From contig JAFGDH010000015.1 of the NCBI GenBank assembly GCA_016932215.1, positions 38,320 through 102,319 on the forward strand: DNA of 64,000 bases, written 5' to 3'. Positions 24,568 through 33,648 of this stretch are shown here, one piece after another. The notes below the pieces were generated by a model, which had not been told where the DNA came from, did not search any database, and worked only from the letters and a program-made list of their open reading frames with translations. Every line of letters starts with the position of its first letter. Within the stretch, counting starts at the first letter, position 1. The position numbers and the translations under genes were made by a program. Source of the stretch: Candidatus Aenigmatarchaeota archaeon (GTDB lineage Archaea > Aenigmatarchaeota > Aenigmatarchaeia > QMZP01 > QMZT01).

Positions 24568-25945
24568 AAAGATACATCTGGTGCTGCTCGTTTTCTTTCT
24601 GGTCAGCGTTATCCACATGGTGACGAAGTTCCATTTCATACTCTGGGACGAGGCCGTGTACATCGGGATAGGGAAGTATCTGTTTTCGAACGGGGCCATA
24701 GGTCTTTTCGAGGTCATCCGTCCCCCCGGGCTTCCTATGATCCTCGGGTTGCTCTGGTTTTTTGGTGCGGGGAAGATAATTATTTATGACCTCATCATAA
24801 CCCTTTTTTCCCTGGGTAACATATATCTCGCTTACCTGATAGGGAAAAAACTCTTCGGTGAGAAGGAAGGTCTGGTCGCCTCGGTCATACTGGCGATAAC
24901 GCCGGTCTTCCTTTACAACTCCTTCAGGATCATGACAGAAATCCCCTCGGCGTTCTTCGTGCTGTTCGCTGTTTACCTGTACACGGAAAAGAGGCCCATT
25001 TCCGCCGGCGTGAGTGCGGGGCTCGCGGTGACGTTCAGGTTCACCAGTGGGATTATTTTGCCGGCGATCATTTTACTGGTGTTTCTGGAATCACGCAAGA
25101 AACCTGAAAAAATGGTGAAATCTTTGCTGTTTTTACTGGCAGGTTTCATTGTGATCGTTTCCCCCTATCTTTTTTACAACCAGTATTACTACGGCGACCC
25201 GTTTTATTCGCTTTCCCTCGCCGGCCAGCACTCATACAACCCCGTCCATGCGATAAACGACCCGCTGACCAACGTTTTATACTATCCCTCTGCGATGTTC
25301 TGGGACAACATGCTTCTTTCGTTCGCGCTGTTCTCCCTGATCTACGCCGCGGACAATAAAAAAGTCAGAAATATGCTGCTGATTGCGGGTGTGTGCCTGG
25401 CCGTTTTCACGCTGATACCCAACAAGCAGATCCGCTTCGGGCTGACATTCCTTCCGTTCCTGTCCGTCCTGGCATCCTTCGGGCTGCTGAAAATGAGAGA
25501 GTATATGATCAGCCTGAAGAGAAAGCCGTTAACTGTCCTCTTCTCGGTAATGGTCATACTGGCGGTTTCGGCTTCCCTTTACGGCGATCTCGTCCGGTTC
25601 AATTCCTTCCCTTCAGAAAAGCCGGATATAGTGGACGAGTACTACATGTATTTCGAAGGTTTCGACGGAACTATACTGACAAGCGACCCGGTGCACGTTG
25701 CCTATTCCGACATAAGCATGATACCTTACTACAACAACATAACCGACGCCCATCTGATTTATGACCGGTATTCCGGGAGCAGCGATTACGTCGTGTTCAG
25801 CTTCAACCCGTTCCCGTGCTTCGACGGGGAATGCGAAACCCTCCGTGAGGAGCTGTTCGATAAAATCGGGCAGAACGAATTGTATTTCAACAAGACCTAC
25901 GAGGAAACGAAATACATATACAGGGTCAAGAAATCAGCGGGTTGA
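24557..25945 (+). CDS. GT-C fold membrane glycosyltransferase, PMT/ArnT (GT39/GT83)-like
   Basis: 462 aa, polytopic, with ILWDEAVYIGIGKYL...VIRPPGLPMILG (DE..Y ... RPP motif pattern). Confidence 0.7.
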   Translation: MRIEKIHLVLLVFFLVSVIHMVTKFHFILWDEAVYIGIGKYLFSNGAIGLFEVIRPPGLPMILGLLWFFGAGKIIIYDLIITLFSLGNIYLAYLIGKKLFGEKEGLVASVILAITPVFLYNSFRIMTEIPSAFFVLFAVYLYTEKRPISAGVSAGLAVTFRFTSGIILPAIILLVFLESRKKPEKMVKSLLFLLAGFIVIVSPYLFYNQYYYGDPFYSLSLAGQHSYNPVHAINDPLTNVLYYPSAMFWDNMLLSFALFSLIYAADNKKVRNMLLIAGVCLAVFTLIPNKQIRFGLTFLPFLSVLASFGLLKMREYMISLKRKPLTVLFSVMVILAVSASLYGDLVRFNSFPSEKPDIVDEYYMYFEGFDGTILTSDPVHVAYSDISMIPYYNNITDAHLIYDRYSGSSDYVVFSFNPFPCFDGECETLREELFDKIGQNELYFNKTYEETKYIYRVKKSAG

Positions 25946-27506
25946 TGTCGTCGAACGTGGTCTGTTCCGGGAACTCTTTCATAATCCTGTACCCGTAAGG
26001 ATAGGAAACCGAATGGAAAAGTATGGCTCTCCTCTTTTCGTCCGCTTCCAGCCATCCCTTCAGATCCCTGTAATCCTGTGAGGTGAACACCCGGACCGCG
26101 ACAGCATTCGACCCGATTTCCTCCGCTTTTTCGATTATCCTGCCCATCTGGTCGAAGTCGTCTATCGTTACATGTTCTATGTCCAAATCTATCGATTCCG
26201 AGAGCTGGTCGAAATAAATCTTCGGCGTGTCGTAATAGCTCAGCGCGAATTTATCTCCTGCCATTCCCATGACCACGAAGGTTTCGTTGGTTTCGAATTC
26301 CAGCGGTCTGTCCCCTATGACCACTATGTCCCCTTCCCTCCTGATCGGGGGAGAACCGAGTATTTCGAAGCCGCTCCCGAGAATCAGCGGGAGATACTTG
26401 TCGGTGAAGCATATCGTTTTGATCCCCTTTACGGCGAGATACATCGCCGCCTTGATCTTTCCGGGGTTGTCGCAGCAACCCACAACGACGGTAGCGTTGT
26501 TCCTTATCGCCTGCTCTACGATCATGTTTATCCCGTGGGTATCGATTATTACCGCTATGTCGTCCCGCAGGAAACGGGTGGTCGGGTAAAGGACCTTATC
26601 GATAGGAACCTCGAATCTGAAAACCCCCTCTTCGTCAGGGGCGTACCATTTCCCCTCGTGATTGAAAACGATGGTTCCGCTGGCCGTTTTATGTGTAAGG
26701 CCTGTTTCCCTTATCTCCCGAATTCTGGCGCCTTCATGCCATCCTATCTCAGGAAGCAGTTCTTCGTCGTCGTAGGTCAGCCTTTCTGAAAATGTGGTGA
26801 GCAGATTCTTCCTGTTAAGCTCGTATTCGGTGAGAAGCTCACCTGGGCCTGAATCCTGGAATGGGCTGCTGAATATCTGGTAGCTTAGCCAGTCCCTCGT
26901 TACGCGGTCGGTCTGGGAAACGAGAACGTCATGCTTCCCCAGATCGATTTCGGAATTCCCTATTATTATCGATTCAGGGTTATCCGGGATGGTCAGATTG
27001 AATTCAGGCAGTTCTCTGGTATCCGTTTCTATCGTGAAGGTCTCATTAAGTGCGAGATGCCTGTCTAGTTCTGACCGGAAAACGCTGCCTGCCGCTTTCC
27101 ACATCTCGGAAGCCTTCAGCAGATGATCCTTAACGTCTTTTCCGCAGTCCAGTGAGGCGATGGTTTCATGTATGACGGCGCCCTGCTCCGGGTCTACCGG
27201 CAGGGATTTTTCATAATAAGTCACGGAATCGCAGATAACGGAGGAATCGTTTTTAAGCCTGCCGAGGATGAGAAGAATGTCCCCTTTCGCAAAATCTTCT
27301 ATGTCCTCTTCCAGAAGTTTCGTCAGGTTTCCTACAAACGACTCTTCGTCAGAACCAGTTGCCCTGAGCACGTAATGGAAGTCTTTCCCGTTTCCGTACG
27401 GATCCGCGACATGGTTTCCAGATTCCTTCACGATCATCAGGAACGCAAGGAAGGCTATGATGATTATCAAAAGGACTATTTCGTTTTTCATAATAACATA
27501 ATTCAT
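25926..27506 (-). CDS. hypothetical exported/membrane-anchored protein
   Basis: 526 aa with one N-terminal hydrophobic anchor (IVLLIIIIAFLAFLMIV) followed by a large soluble part. No recognisable motif. Confidence 0.6.
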   Translation of the reverse strand: MNYVIMKNEIVLLIIIIAFLAFLMIVKESGNHVADPYGNGKDFHYVLRATGSDEESFVGNLTKLLEEDIEDFAKGDILLILGRLKNDSSVICDSVTYYEKSLPVDPEQGAVIHETIASLDCGKDVKDHLLKASEMWKAAGSVFRSELDRHLALNETFTIETDTRELPEFNLTIPDNPESIIIGNSEIDLGKHDVLVSQTDRVTRDWLSYQIFSSPFQDSGPGELLTEYELNRKNLLTTFSERLTYDDEELLPEIGWHEGARIREIRETGLTHKTASGTIVFNHEGKWYAPDEEGVFRFEVPIDKVLYPTTRFLRDDIAVIIDTHGINMIVEQAIRNNATVVVGCCDNPGKIKAAMYLAVKGIKTICFTDKYLPLILGSGFEILGSPPIRREGDIVVIGDRPLEFETNETFVVMGMAGDKFALSYYDTPKIYFDQLSESIDLDIEHVTIDDFDQMGRIIEKAEEIGSNAVAVRVFTSQDYRDLKGWLEADEKRRAILFHSVSYPYGYRIMKEFPEQTTFDDINPLIS

Positions 27507-28947
27507 GTATGATTTAAATTCAAAGAAGCCCAGTATAAAAATGGACGAAATCCGGGAGAATCTCAGGAAATTTTACGATCTTGCAAACGAAAACAGGATG
27601 ATTTCGCTCCTTTTCGTTTTTTCTACGCTCTTCTTCCTCCTGCAGCACACCACCGGGATATCCTGGGATTTCGCTTCATACGTCCTGAATGCCAGATACC
27701 TTTTCGGCAGCGGGTCCTATTTCGAGCTCCTCCGCCCTCCCCTGACCCCGCTGCTTCTGGGGATTTTCAGCGTTTTCGGCTGGGTGGCTTCGGAATACGT
27801 ATACATATTTTTCGTCTCTTCCCTGTATCTTTTTTCCTGCGTTAAGGTTTCGAAGACGCTCGGTATTGACAGAAGGCTCTTTTACGCGCTTTCCCTCAAC
27901 CCCTTCGTTCTGGTTTACGCGCTTTCGGTCGGGACGGAGCTCCTTTCCCTCGCCCTTCTCCAGCTCTTCGTTCATTACGCGCTCAGCAGCCAGGGTATGA
28001 AATCAGGGCTCTTCTCCGGTCTCTCTTCCCTCGTCAGATACACCAATTTCATCTATTTCCCCGTCATCCTGTTTTCTAAAAAAATCAGAACGGTTGTCAT
28101 TTTCGTAATAACGGCAGCTCTCGTTTTCCTTCCCTGGCTCTTGTTCAACTATTTCTTCTACGGTCACCCCCTGATGAGCATGCTGGATTCCTTCATACTG
28201 ACCGTAGCGACAAGATCCGATATAGTCGGGCCTTTCGAACCGTTCCATTTGCTGGTCTCTGGAAACTATCTTATCCCGCTGTTCCTTATCTGGATATTAC
28301 TTAAAACGAGGGACAGGTCGCTCGGAAGGAAGGACTGGGTGATGGTATTGATCCTTGTCCTCACGCTGTTTTCCTATTACAGGATCCCTGTCAAGCACCC
28401 GAGATTCCTTTTCAACCTGGTTCTCCCGCTCGCTTACTTCTCCTCGGTTTCCCTGATGAAATACAGGATCAGGCCGTTTTTCGCCGCTGCCGCGAGCATC
28501 GCCGCTGGATTATTTCTGGCGTTCCTTATAGCCACGTCTAATACATCAATCCCGGACATCATACTCGTCAACCCTTCCGCCTATTCGATCTATGACGGGG
28601 AATGCATGCTGAGCACCAACCGGTGGGTCTATTTCAATTACCTCGGAATACCCGCTGAAGCGAACCCGAGGAAGTCCAGGGTCGGGGAGTACGTTGACAA
28701 AGGGTACAGGATAATAATCTTCAGGGACCAGGAACCCGATTATGCGGGTAATGTCAGCTTTTTGAGGCAATTCCCCGTTATAGCGGAAGGGCCGGATTAC
28801 GTGATGATAGGGAACGAGAGCTTATGTCTCGAAACTTATGCCGTCAACAGGACGTACCACGAATACCTGAACGAGTCCATATTCGCCGAATACGGCTATC
28901 CGGTGGAAAAAGACCCCCTGAAAATCGTAATTTCAGGGAAATACTAG
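27505..28947 (+). CDS. GT-C-like polytopic membrane protein (putative glycosyltransferase)
   Basis: 480 aa with ~10 TM segments. Loop motif SGSYFELLRPPLTPLLLG parallels the RPP motif of the neighbouring GT-C gene. Confidence 0.55.
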   Translation: MYDLNSKKPSIKMDEIRENLRKFYDLANENRMISLLFVFSTLFFLLQHTTGISWDFASYVLNARYLFGSGSYFELLRPPLTPLLLGIFSVFGWVASEYVYIFFVSSLYLFSCVKVSKTLGIDRRLFYALSLNPFVLVYALSVGTELLSLALLQLFVHYALSSQGMKSGLFSGLSSLVRYTNFIYFPVILFSKKIRTVVIFVITAALVFLPWLLFNYFFYGHPLMSMLDSFILTVATRSDIVGPFEPFHLLVSGNYLIPLFLIWILLKTRDRSLGRKDWVMVLILVLTLFSYYRIPVKHPRFLFNLVLPLAYFSSVSLMKYRIRPFFAAAASIAAGLFLAFLIATSNTSIPDIILVNPSAYSIYDGECMLSTNRWVYFNYLGIPAEANPRKSRVGEYVDKGYRIIIFRDQEPDYAGNVSFLRQFPVIAEGPDYVMIGNESLCLETYAVNRTYHEYLNESIFAEYGYPVEKDPLKIVISGKY

Positions 28948-28986
28948 TTTTTTAACGATTTAATCCTTAAAATCTAAGGAATAATC

Positions 28987-30225
28987 ATGCTTGGAAACGT
29001 TTTGTTCGGTGCCTTGTATTACATTCTGATATACGTAACTCTGTTCATCTCGGTTTTCTGGTTCATGATATTCTTCGATAAAAGGGACAGGATGACCAAG
29101 GATCCGGCGAACCTGAAAAGGACTCCCGGCCTGACCATGATAGTCCCGGCTTACAACGAGGAGAAAACCCTCGGCAGAACGGTGGAGTCCGTGCTCAATC
29201 AGGACTATCCCAGGAACAAGCTGAAGGTAATAATAGTCGATGACGCCTCAACCGACGGGACGGCCGATGTCGGCAGGGAATACGCCAGAAAATACCCCAA
29301 TGTCACGTTCCTCAGGCACAGGAAGAACAGGAGGAAGGCCGCTGCAACGAACACCGGTCTCAGGCACGTAACCACGGAACTGGTTGGTTTCATAGACGCC
29401 GATACGATCCTCGAGGAGAGTGATGCTCTCATCCGCTCGATAGGGTATTTCAGGAACAAGAGGACCGGAAGCGTGATCGCTACCATAAAGCCCATGGACA
29501 CAAAGACGTTCTCCCAGAAGTTGCAGAGGATAGAATACACCTTCACCGCCCTCGTACGTAAGCTCCTTACGTTTTTGGGAGCGCTGTATATGACTCCCGC
29601 ATTCGCCCTATACAGGACAAATCTCGTCAGGCAGCTCGGGGGGTGGGATGAAGACAACTTCACTGAGGACCTCGAAATGGGCCTCAAGCTGCAAAACAGC
29701 GGCTACAAGATCGAGATGTCGATGAACGCTGCGGTCAAGACAAACACCCCGGCATCCTTCTCCAAGTTCTGGAACCAGAGGATAAGATGGGCGAGGGGAT
29801 TCGTTTATAATTCGAGAAAATACACACACATGTTCTTCGGCAAGAGCTTCGGTCATCTGGGATGGTTCGTCCTGCCAACCCAGTACCTTGTCATACTTCT
29901 GGCCATACCGGTTTTCATTTACGGGTTTTTTGACGCCCTGAATTCCGCCTACAAAGCAGTTGTGAATTATTCCCTCATAGGCTTCGACATACCCTACATA
30001 CTCACCCACCCCATCAGCATGAACTTCAATTTTTTCAACCTTTCCCTCTTTCTGGTCACACTCGTGGCGCTGGCTGCTCTTATAAAACTTGGCAGTAAAC
30101 AAATCAATGAGAAAATAAACAAGTTCGAATACATACTCTACATACCCCTTTACCCGGTTGTTAACATAATGGTATGGATGTGCGTGTTTTACCACGAAAT
30201 CAGAAGAAGTGAATACAAATGGTAA
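28987..30225 (+). CDS. membrane-embedded processive GT2 beta-glycosyltransferase (NodC/PgaC/cellulose-chitin-synthase-like)
   Basis: 412 aa with MIVPAYNEE, IIVDDASTDGT, FIDADT, NFTEDLEM and QRIRWARGF (the D, DxD, TED, QxxRW series). Flanked by N- and C-terminal TM helices. Confidence 0.85.
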   Translation: MLGNVLFGALYYILIYVTLFISVFWFMIFFDKRDRMTKDPANLKRTPGLTMIVPAYNEEKTLGRTVESVLNQDYPRNKLKVIIVDDASTDGTADVGREYARKYPNVTFLRHRKNRRKAAATNTGLRHVTTELVGFIDADTILEESDALIRSIGYFRNKRTGSVIATIKPMDTKTFSQKLQRIEYTFTALVRKLLTFLGALYMTPAFALYRTNLVRQLGGWDEDNFTEDLEMGLKLQNSGYKIEMSMNAAVKTNTPASFSKFWNQRIRWARGFVYNSRKYTHMFFGKSFGHLGWFVLPTQYLVILLAIPVFIYGFFDALNSAYKAVVNYSLIGFDIPYILTHPISMNFNFFNLSLFLVTLVALAALIKLGSKQINEKINKFEYILYIPLYPVVNIMVWMCVFYHEIRRSEYKW

Positions 30226-30890
30226 GAAGGAAAAAAAGCCCTTATATCGTAGCAGGAGTCGTGTCATTCGTAATATTCATACTCGGTTTTCTGGTCGGGT
30301 TCACGATGCTGGATGTCCAGCTGGAGGACCTGAGGCTCGAGATGGACAGGAACGAACTGGAGCTAAAGAACATAAATCTCGAGCTTACCCTTCTGGACAA
30401 GCTCGGTGATGGGGAGAAGCTTTGCTCATACCTCAACGAGAGGATAGAATACATAGACAAGAAGACATGGGAGCTCGGTAACAAGATCGTCAACCCTGAG
30501 GGGATAAACCAGCAGTATTTCGACATCCTGGCCAGAAGGTATTCGGTTTCTCTCATAGAGGACTGGATATTCTCCAACGAACTGAGCGAGAGATGCGATA
30601 CGAACAGGGTCAGCGTGCTTTATTTCTTCGAGAAGAACTCCGATCTGTGCCAGTCGCAGGGATACGTTCTGGATTACCTCGTGGAGAAGGACAAGGAGAA
30701 TAACCTCCGCATTTTCGCCCTCGATAAGGATCTTGACGAGCCGGCCATACAGATACTGGTTCAGGCTTACGACATCGAGAAGGCTCCCACGATAGTTGTC
30801 GAGGGTAACAGGTTCGAGGACTTCCGCACGAAAGAGGAATTAATGGTCATATTCTGCGCGGTGAACAAAAATCTCTCATTCTGCGAATAA
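30219..30890 (+). CDS. hypothetical membrane-anchored protein (coiled coil plus possible thioredoxin-like fold without CxxC)
   Basis: 223 aa with N-terminal TM VAGVVSFVIFILGFLVGF. 7-nt overlap with the GT2 synthase gene. Confidence 0.55.
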   Translation: MVRRKKSPYIVAGVVSFVIFILGFLVGFTMLDVQLEDLRLEMDRNELELKNINLELTLLDKLGDGEKLCSYLNERIEYIDKKTWELGNKIVNPEGINQQYFDILARRYSVSLIEDWIFSNELSERCDTNRVSVLYFFEKNSDLCQSQGYVLDYLVEKDKENNLRIFALDKDLDEPAIQILVQAYDIEKAPTIVVEGNRFEDFRTKEELMVIFCAVNKNLSFCE

Positions 30891-30950
30891 GGAAAGACAA
30901 CTTATATTTTAAAATCTAGTTGTCATACGAAATAAGGAAAGACAACTTAT
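30886..30950. repeat. 20-nt direct repeat AATAAGGAAAGACAACTTAT (x2, 45-nt period); the first copy is part of hairpin family member D (GACAACT-15 nt-AGTTGTC, 30896-30924)
   Basis: Copies at 30886-30905 and 30931-30950 are identical. Hairpin arms are at 30896-30902 and 30918-30924. Lies between two convergent genes. Confidence 0.8.
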
Positions 30951-31064
30951 TCATTCTGATACAACCGTCCTGCTAAACTATTTGAAACAATTCGATATAC
31001 CAACTTCTGTCCGGTTAAAAAAAAGAAAAAGGCAGGGATTTTTCAATCCCTTCTTTCAATGGAC

Positions 31065-33443
31065 TTAAACTACAGCGCCCTTGTACTCGTCGCCTGACAA
31101 GGTTGCCATTTTGGCCGGCTTGATTGCATAGTTTGCAATAAGGTTCCTTGTGTCTGCCGCCTGGTTACCTGCTACGATCAGCGCCTTCCTGCCGGAGCTG
31201 AAAACGTTTTCAACTACGGAAAGAAGACCATTGCCTGCCGTCTTAAGCGCGTCGTCCTCGAACCATGCAGTGCATGCGTCCGCAACGGCCCACTTCTCGT
31301 TAAGCAATGTCTTTACCAGAGCGTTTGCGCAAGGTCCGCCCACAAGGATAAGGTCCTTGTTAAGCGAACTTGTCTGCGTGATCTCGCTCGGGAATTTCGC
31401 AACAGGGTTCGTTATCGGAACAGCTTCCTTGTATGTCCCTCCGGCGGTTCCGCCAGAAGTCGATACGACCGGATCCGTTCCTATGGCAACGTTTGCGTAG
31501 GCTGGCCTGTTACCTGGGTAGTAGATTGTCTCCTTGTCCGAATCGGTGTCATGGACAACGTACGTACCGTAGCTCGAGATGTAGTGGTACAGCTTCTCAG
31601 ACCCAACCTGTCCTCCTGTCATGCTTCCTGTCGGTGCTGTTATGGAACCTATCTCCGTCAGGCTTGCGTCCCAGTTCACGACGAACAGAAGCGCAGTGCC
31701 TGCTGGCTCGTAGGAACCGATCGTGTACAGCTTGTTCTCCGTCATTGTCATGTTACCGGCTGCACTAAGGTCCAACGAAGCGCCTTCCTTTGTCATTAAC
31801 AGTACCTTCTCGTTGTTGACTATCGACCCGTTTCCGTTAAGGTCAACCGCCACTTTGTGTCCGGTGCTGTTATACTTCAAGGCGAACGAAGACGCGCCCA
31901 CGATAAGTGTTCCGTCGAACGGGTTCGTTCCAGAGTATGCGACCTCGTACTCGTCACCGCTTCCAAGATCCGTGAATTTAAGGATCTTGTTGGTGTCGTC
32001 GTACGATGCGAACCTCAGGATGTACGATTTCTCGCCGTTGTCGCCGTTTCTGAGCGCGAAGTAGTCGTACCTTGCGATCCAGTCAGCGTCTCCCGGAACT
32101 GATGCGTTAGGCTCCATGACATGGAATGTCTTAGAACCGTCACCGAGTGTCCAGCCGCCGCTGTAATAGAACACGTTCTGAGCGTATTTTGTTCCGTCGT
32201 CGTTCGTGAAGGTCAGCTTCGCCTTCGTGGTTCCGTCCTTTGCCAGGATAACCTGGTCCCTGCTGTCTGCCATAAGACCCGGCGTCATGCCGTCAAGCGC
32301 ATACTTGAAGTTCCCGAATAACGGGTCGGTGTGCGTTGAACCGTCTATGAGATAGACGGTGTCTTCCGGCGCCACAGAGAATGCTATCGAGTTAATCTTG
32401 GCGTTGTTGGTTCCTCCCTGTACAAAGTTCACTGTGGAACTCGTAAGCAACACGTCGTTCTTTTCGATCACGTTCGTTGTGTCGTCCAACTCGAGCTTGT
32501 CTGTCCCGATGAACAACTCAACCGAACCGCTTGCTTCCTGGGCTCCCGTGTACACAAGGCTTACCTGGCTTGCGTATACCGTTGTGTCTATGCCTGATGC
32601 CAATGTGTATGAGCTACCAGATACCCAACCATATGTTGGCGGGTTTGCGCCGTTTACCTGGACGTATGCTGTTGTTCCTCCTGTGTCCCAACCGACAAGT
32701 GTCAGTGTGTAGTCAACACCGTCTACGGTGACTGTTTCCTCGTCTCCTGCGCCTGTAAGCGTCACGGTCTGTGCGCCCGTGGCTGCGTACAAAACAAGAG
32801 ATGTGTTTGTCGGACTCGGACCGAACTTGTATTCAGAACCGAAGATTGTTATCTTCTTGTTCTCAATCTTTGTCGGGTCAAGGCCGCCAAGGAAGATCAC
32901 CTTCAGTTCGTATGTTGTTGAAGTGTCGAACTTCACGTTAAGCACTGGCTCATCCCAGTCGTCCGGATCCTCGTTGTACAATGCTTTGTGGGCTCCGAGA
33001 GTGACTACCTGAAGATAGTTCACCGCCGGGGATGTCTGAACAGTGCCCTTTGCGAGCATTGTCGGCATGTCGCTGTCAGTCAGAGTACTCTTGATGCTTG
33101 AGAATCCCACGTTCAGATAGGGATAGTCGCTGGCACTCTTCAAAAGAATACCGTTTGTTACTGTCGTCTCCCCTGCCGCTGATGGGATCGTCTTCGTTAC
33201 CACAGCGTAGTTTGAAACCAAGCTGGCTGCCAAATCAGCCGCACCCAAGACGTCCGTTGTGTCTACACCAGGTCCTACCACTATGGCAGGTGATGTAAGA
33301 GTCTGGGTCGCCGCGTCGGCAGTAACGTAAGGGGAAAGCCCCTGATCCAAAGTTGTCGCTGCGAAAGCACCAAAAGCCAATGTTGCTCCTGCTGCCATTG
33401 TTGCCAAACCTCCTGCGATCAATTGTTTTATTTTCATATTCAT
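31065..33443 (-). CDS. S-layer / major surface (glyco)protein
   Basis: 792 aa with signal peptide MNMKIKQLIAGGLATMAAGATLAFGAFA. Thr/Ser/Gly/Val-rich and beta-rich, with several N-x-S/T sequons. The C-terminal DLILVGGPCANALV resembles the archaeal S-layer C-terminal domain motif. A long AT-rich upstream region suggests a strong promoter. Confidence 0.75.
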   Translation of the reverse strand: MNMKIKQLIAGGLATMAAGATLAFGAFAATTLDQGLSPYVTADAATQTLTSPAIVVGPGVDTTDVLGAADLAASLVSNYAVVTKTIPSAAGETTVTNGILLKSASDYPYLNVGFSSIKSTLTDSDMPTMLAKGTVQTSPAVNYLQVVTLGAHKALYNEDPDDWDEPVLNVKFDTSTTYELKVIFLGGLDPTKIENKKITIFGSEYKFGPSPTNTSLVLYAATGAQTVTLTGAGDEETVTVDGVDYTLTLVGWDTGGTTAYVQVNGANPPTYGWVSGSSYTLASGIDTTVYASQVSLVYTGAQEASGSVELFIGTDKLELDDTTNVIEKNDVLLTSSTVNFVQGGTNNAKINSIAFSVAPEDTVYLIDGSTHTDPLFGNFKYALDGMTPGLMADSRDQVILAKDGTTKAKLTFTNDDGTKYAQNVFYYSGGWTLGDGSKTFHVMEPNASVPGDADWIARYDYFALRNGDNGEKSYILRFASYDDTNKILKFTDLGSGDEYEVAYSGTNPFDGTLIVGASSFALKYNSTGHKVAVDLNGNGSIVNNEKVLLMTKEGASLDLSAAGNMTMTENKLYTIGSYEPAGTALLFVVNWDASLTEIGSITAPTGSMTGGQVGSEKLYHYISSYGTYVVHDTDSDKETIYYPGNRPAYANVAIGTDPVVSTSGGTAGGTYKEAVPITNPVAKFPSEITQTSSLNKDLILVGGPCANALVKTLLNEKWAVADACTAWFEDDALKTAGNGLLSVVENVFSSGRKALIVAGNQAADTRNLIANYAIKPAKMATLSGDEYKGAVV

Positions 33444-33648
33444 ATCTCCTCCTATAATACATATTGAGCCTAATAGGCCCTTTGGTAATAATCTGTTGGT
33501 TGGATGGGGTATATATATCTTAAGTGAAACAGTTATATTGAAAATTAAAAAAACCTATAATATATTTCAAATAGTTTCAAATAATATATTTAAACCTTTT
33601 AATTGTTCCAAAAGCCTTTAAAATCATTTTTAGATCATAAAAAATGTT

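Noticed and set aside
30886-30950. CRISPR array
   Set aside because: There are only two copies of a 20-nt repeat with one 25-nt spacer and no cas genes. No other regularly spaced repeats occur in the window.
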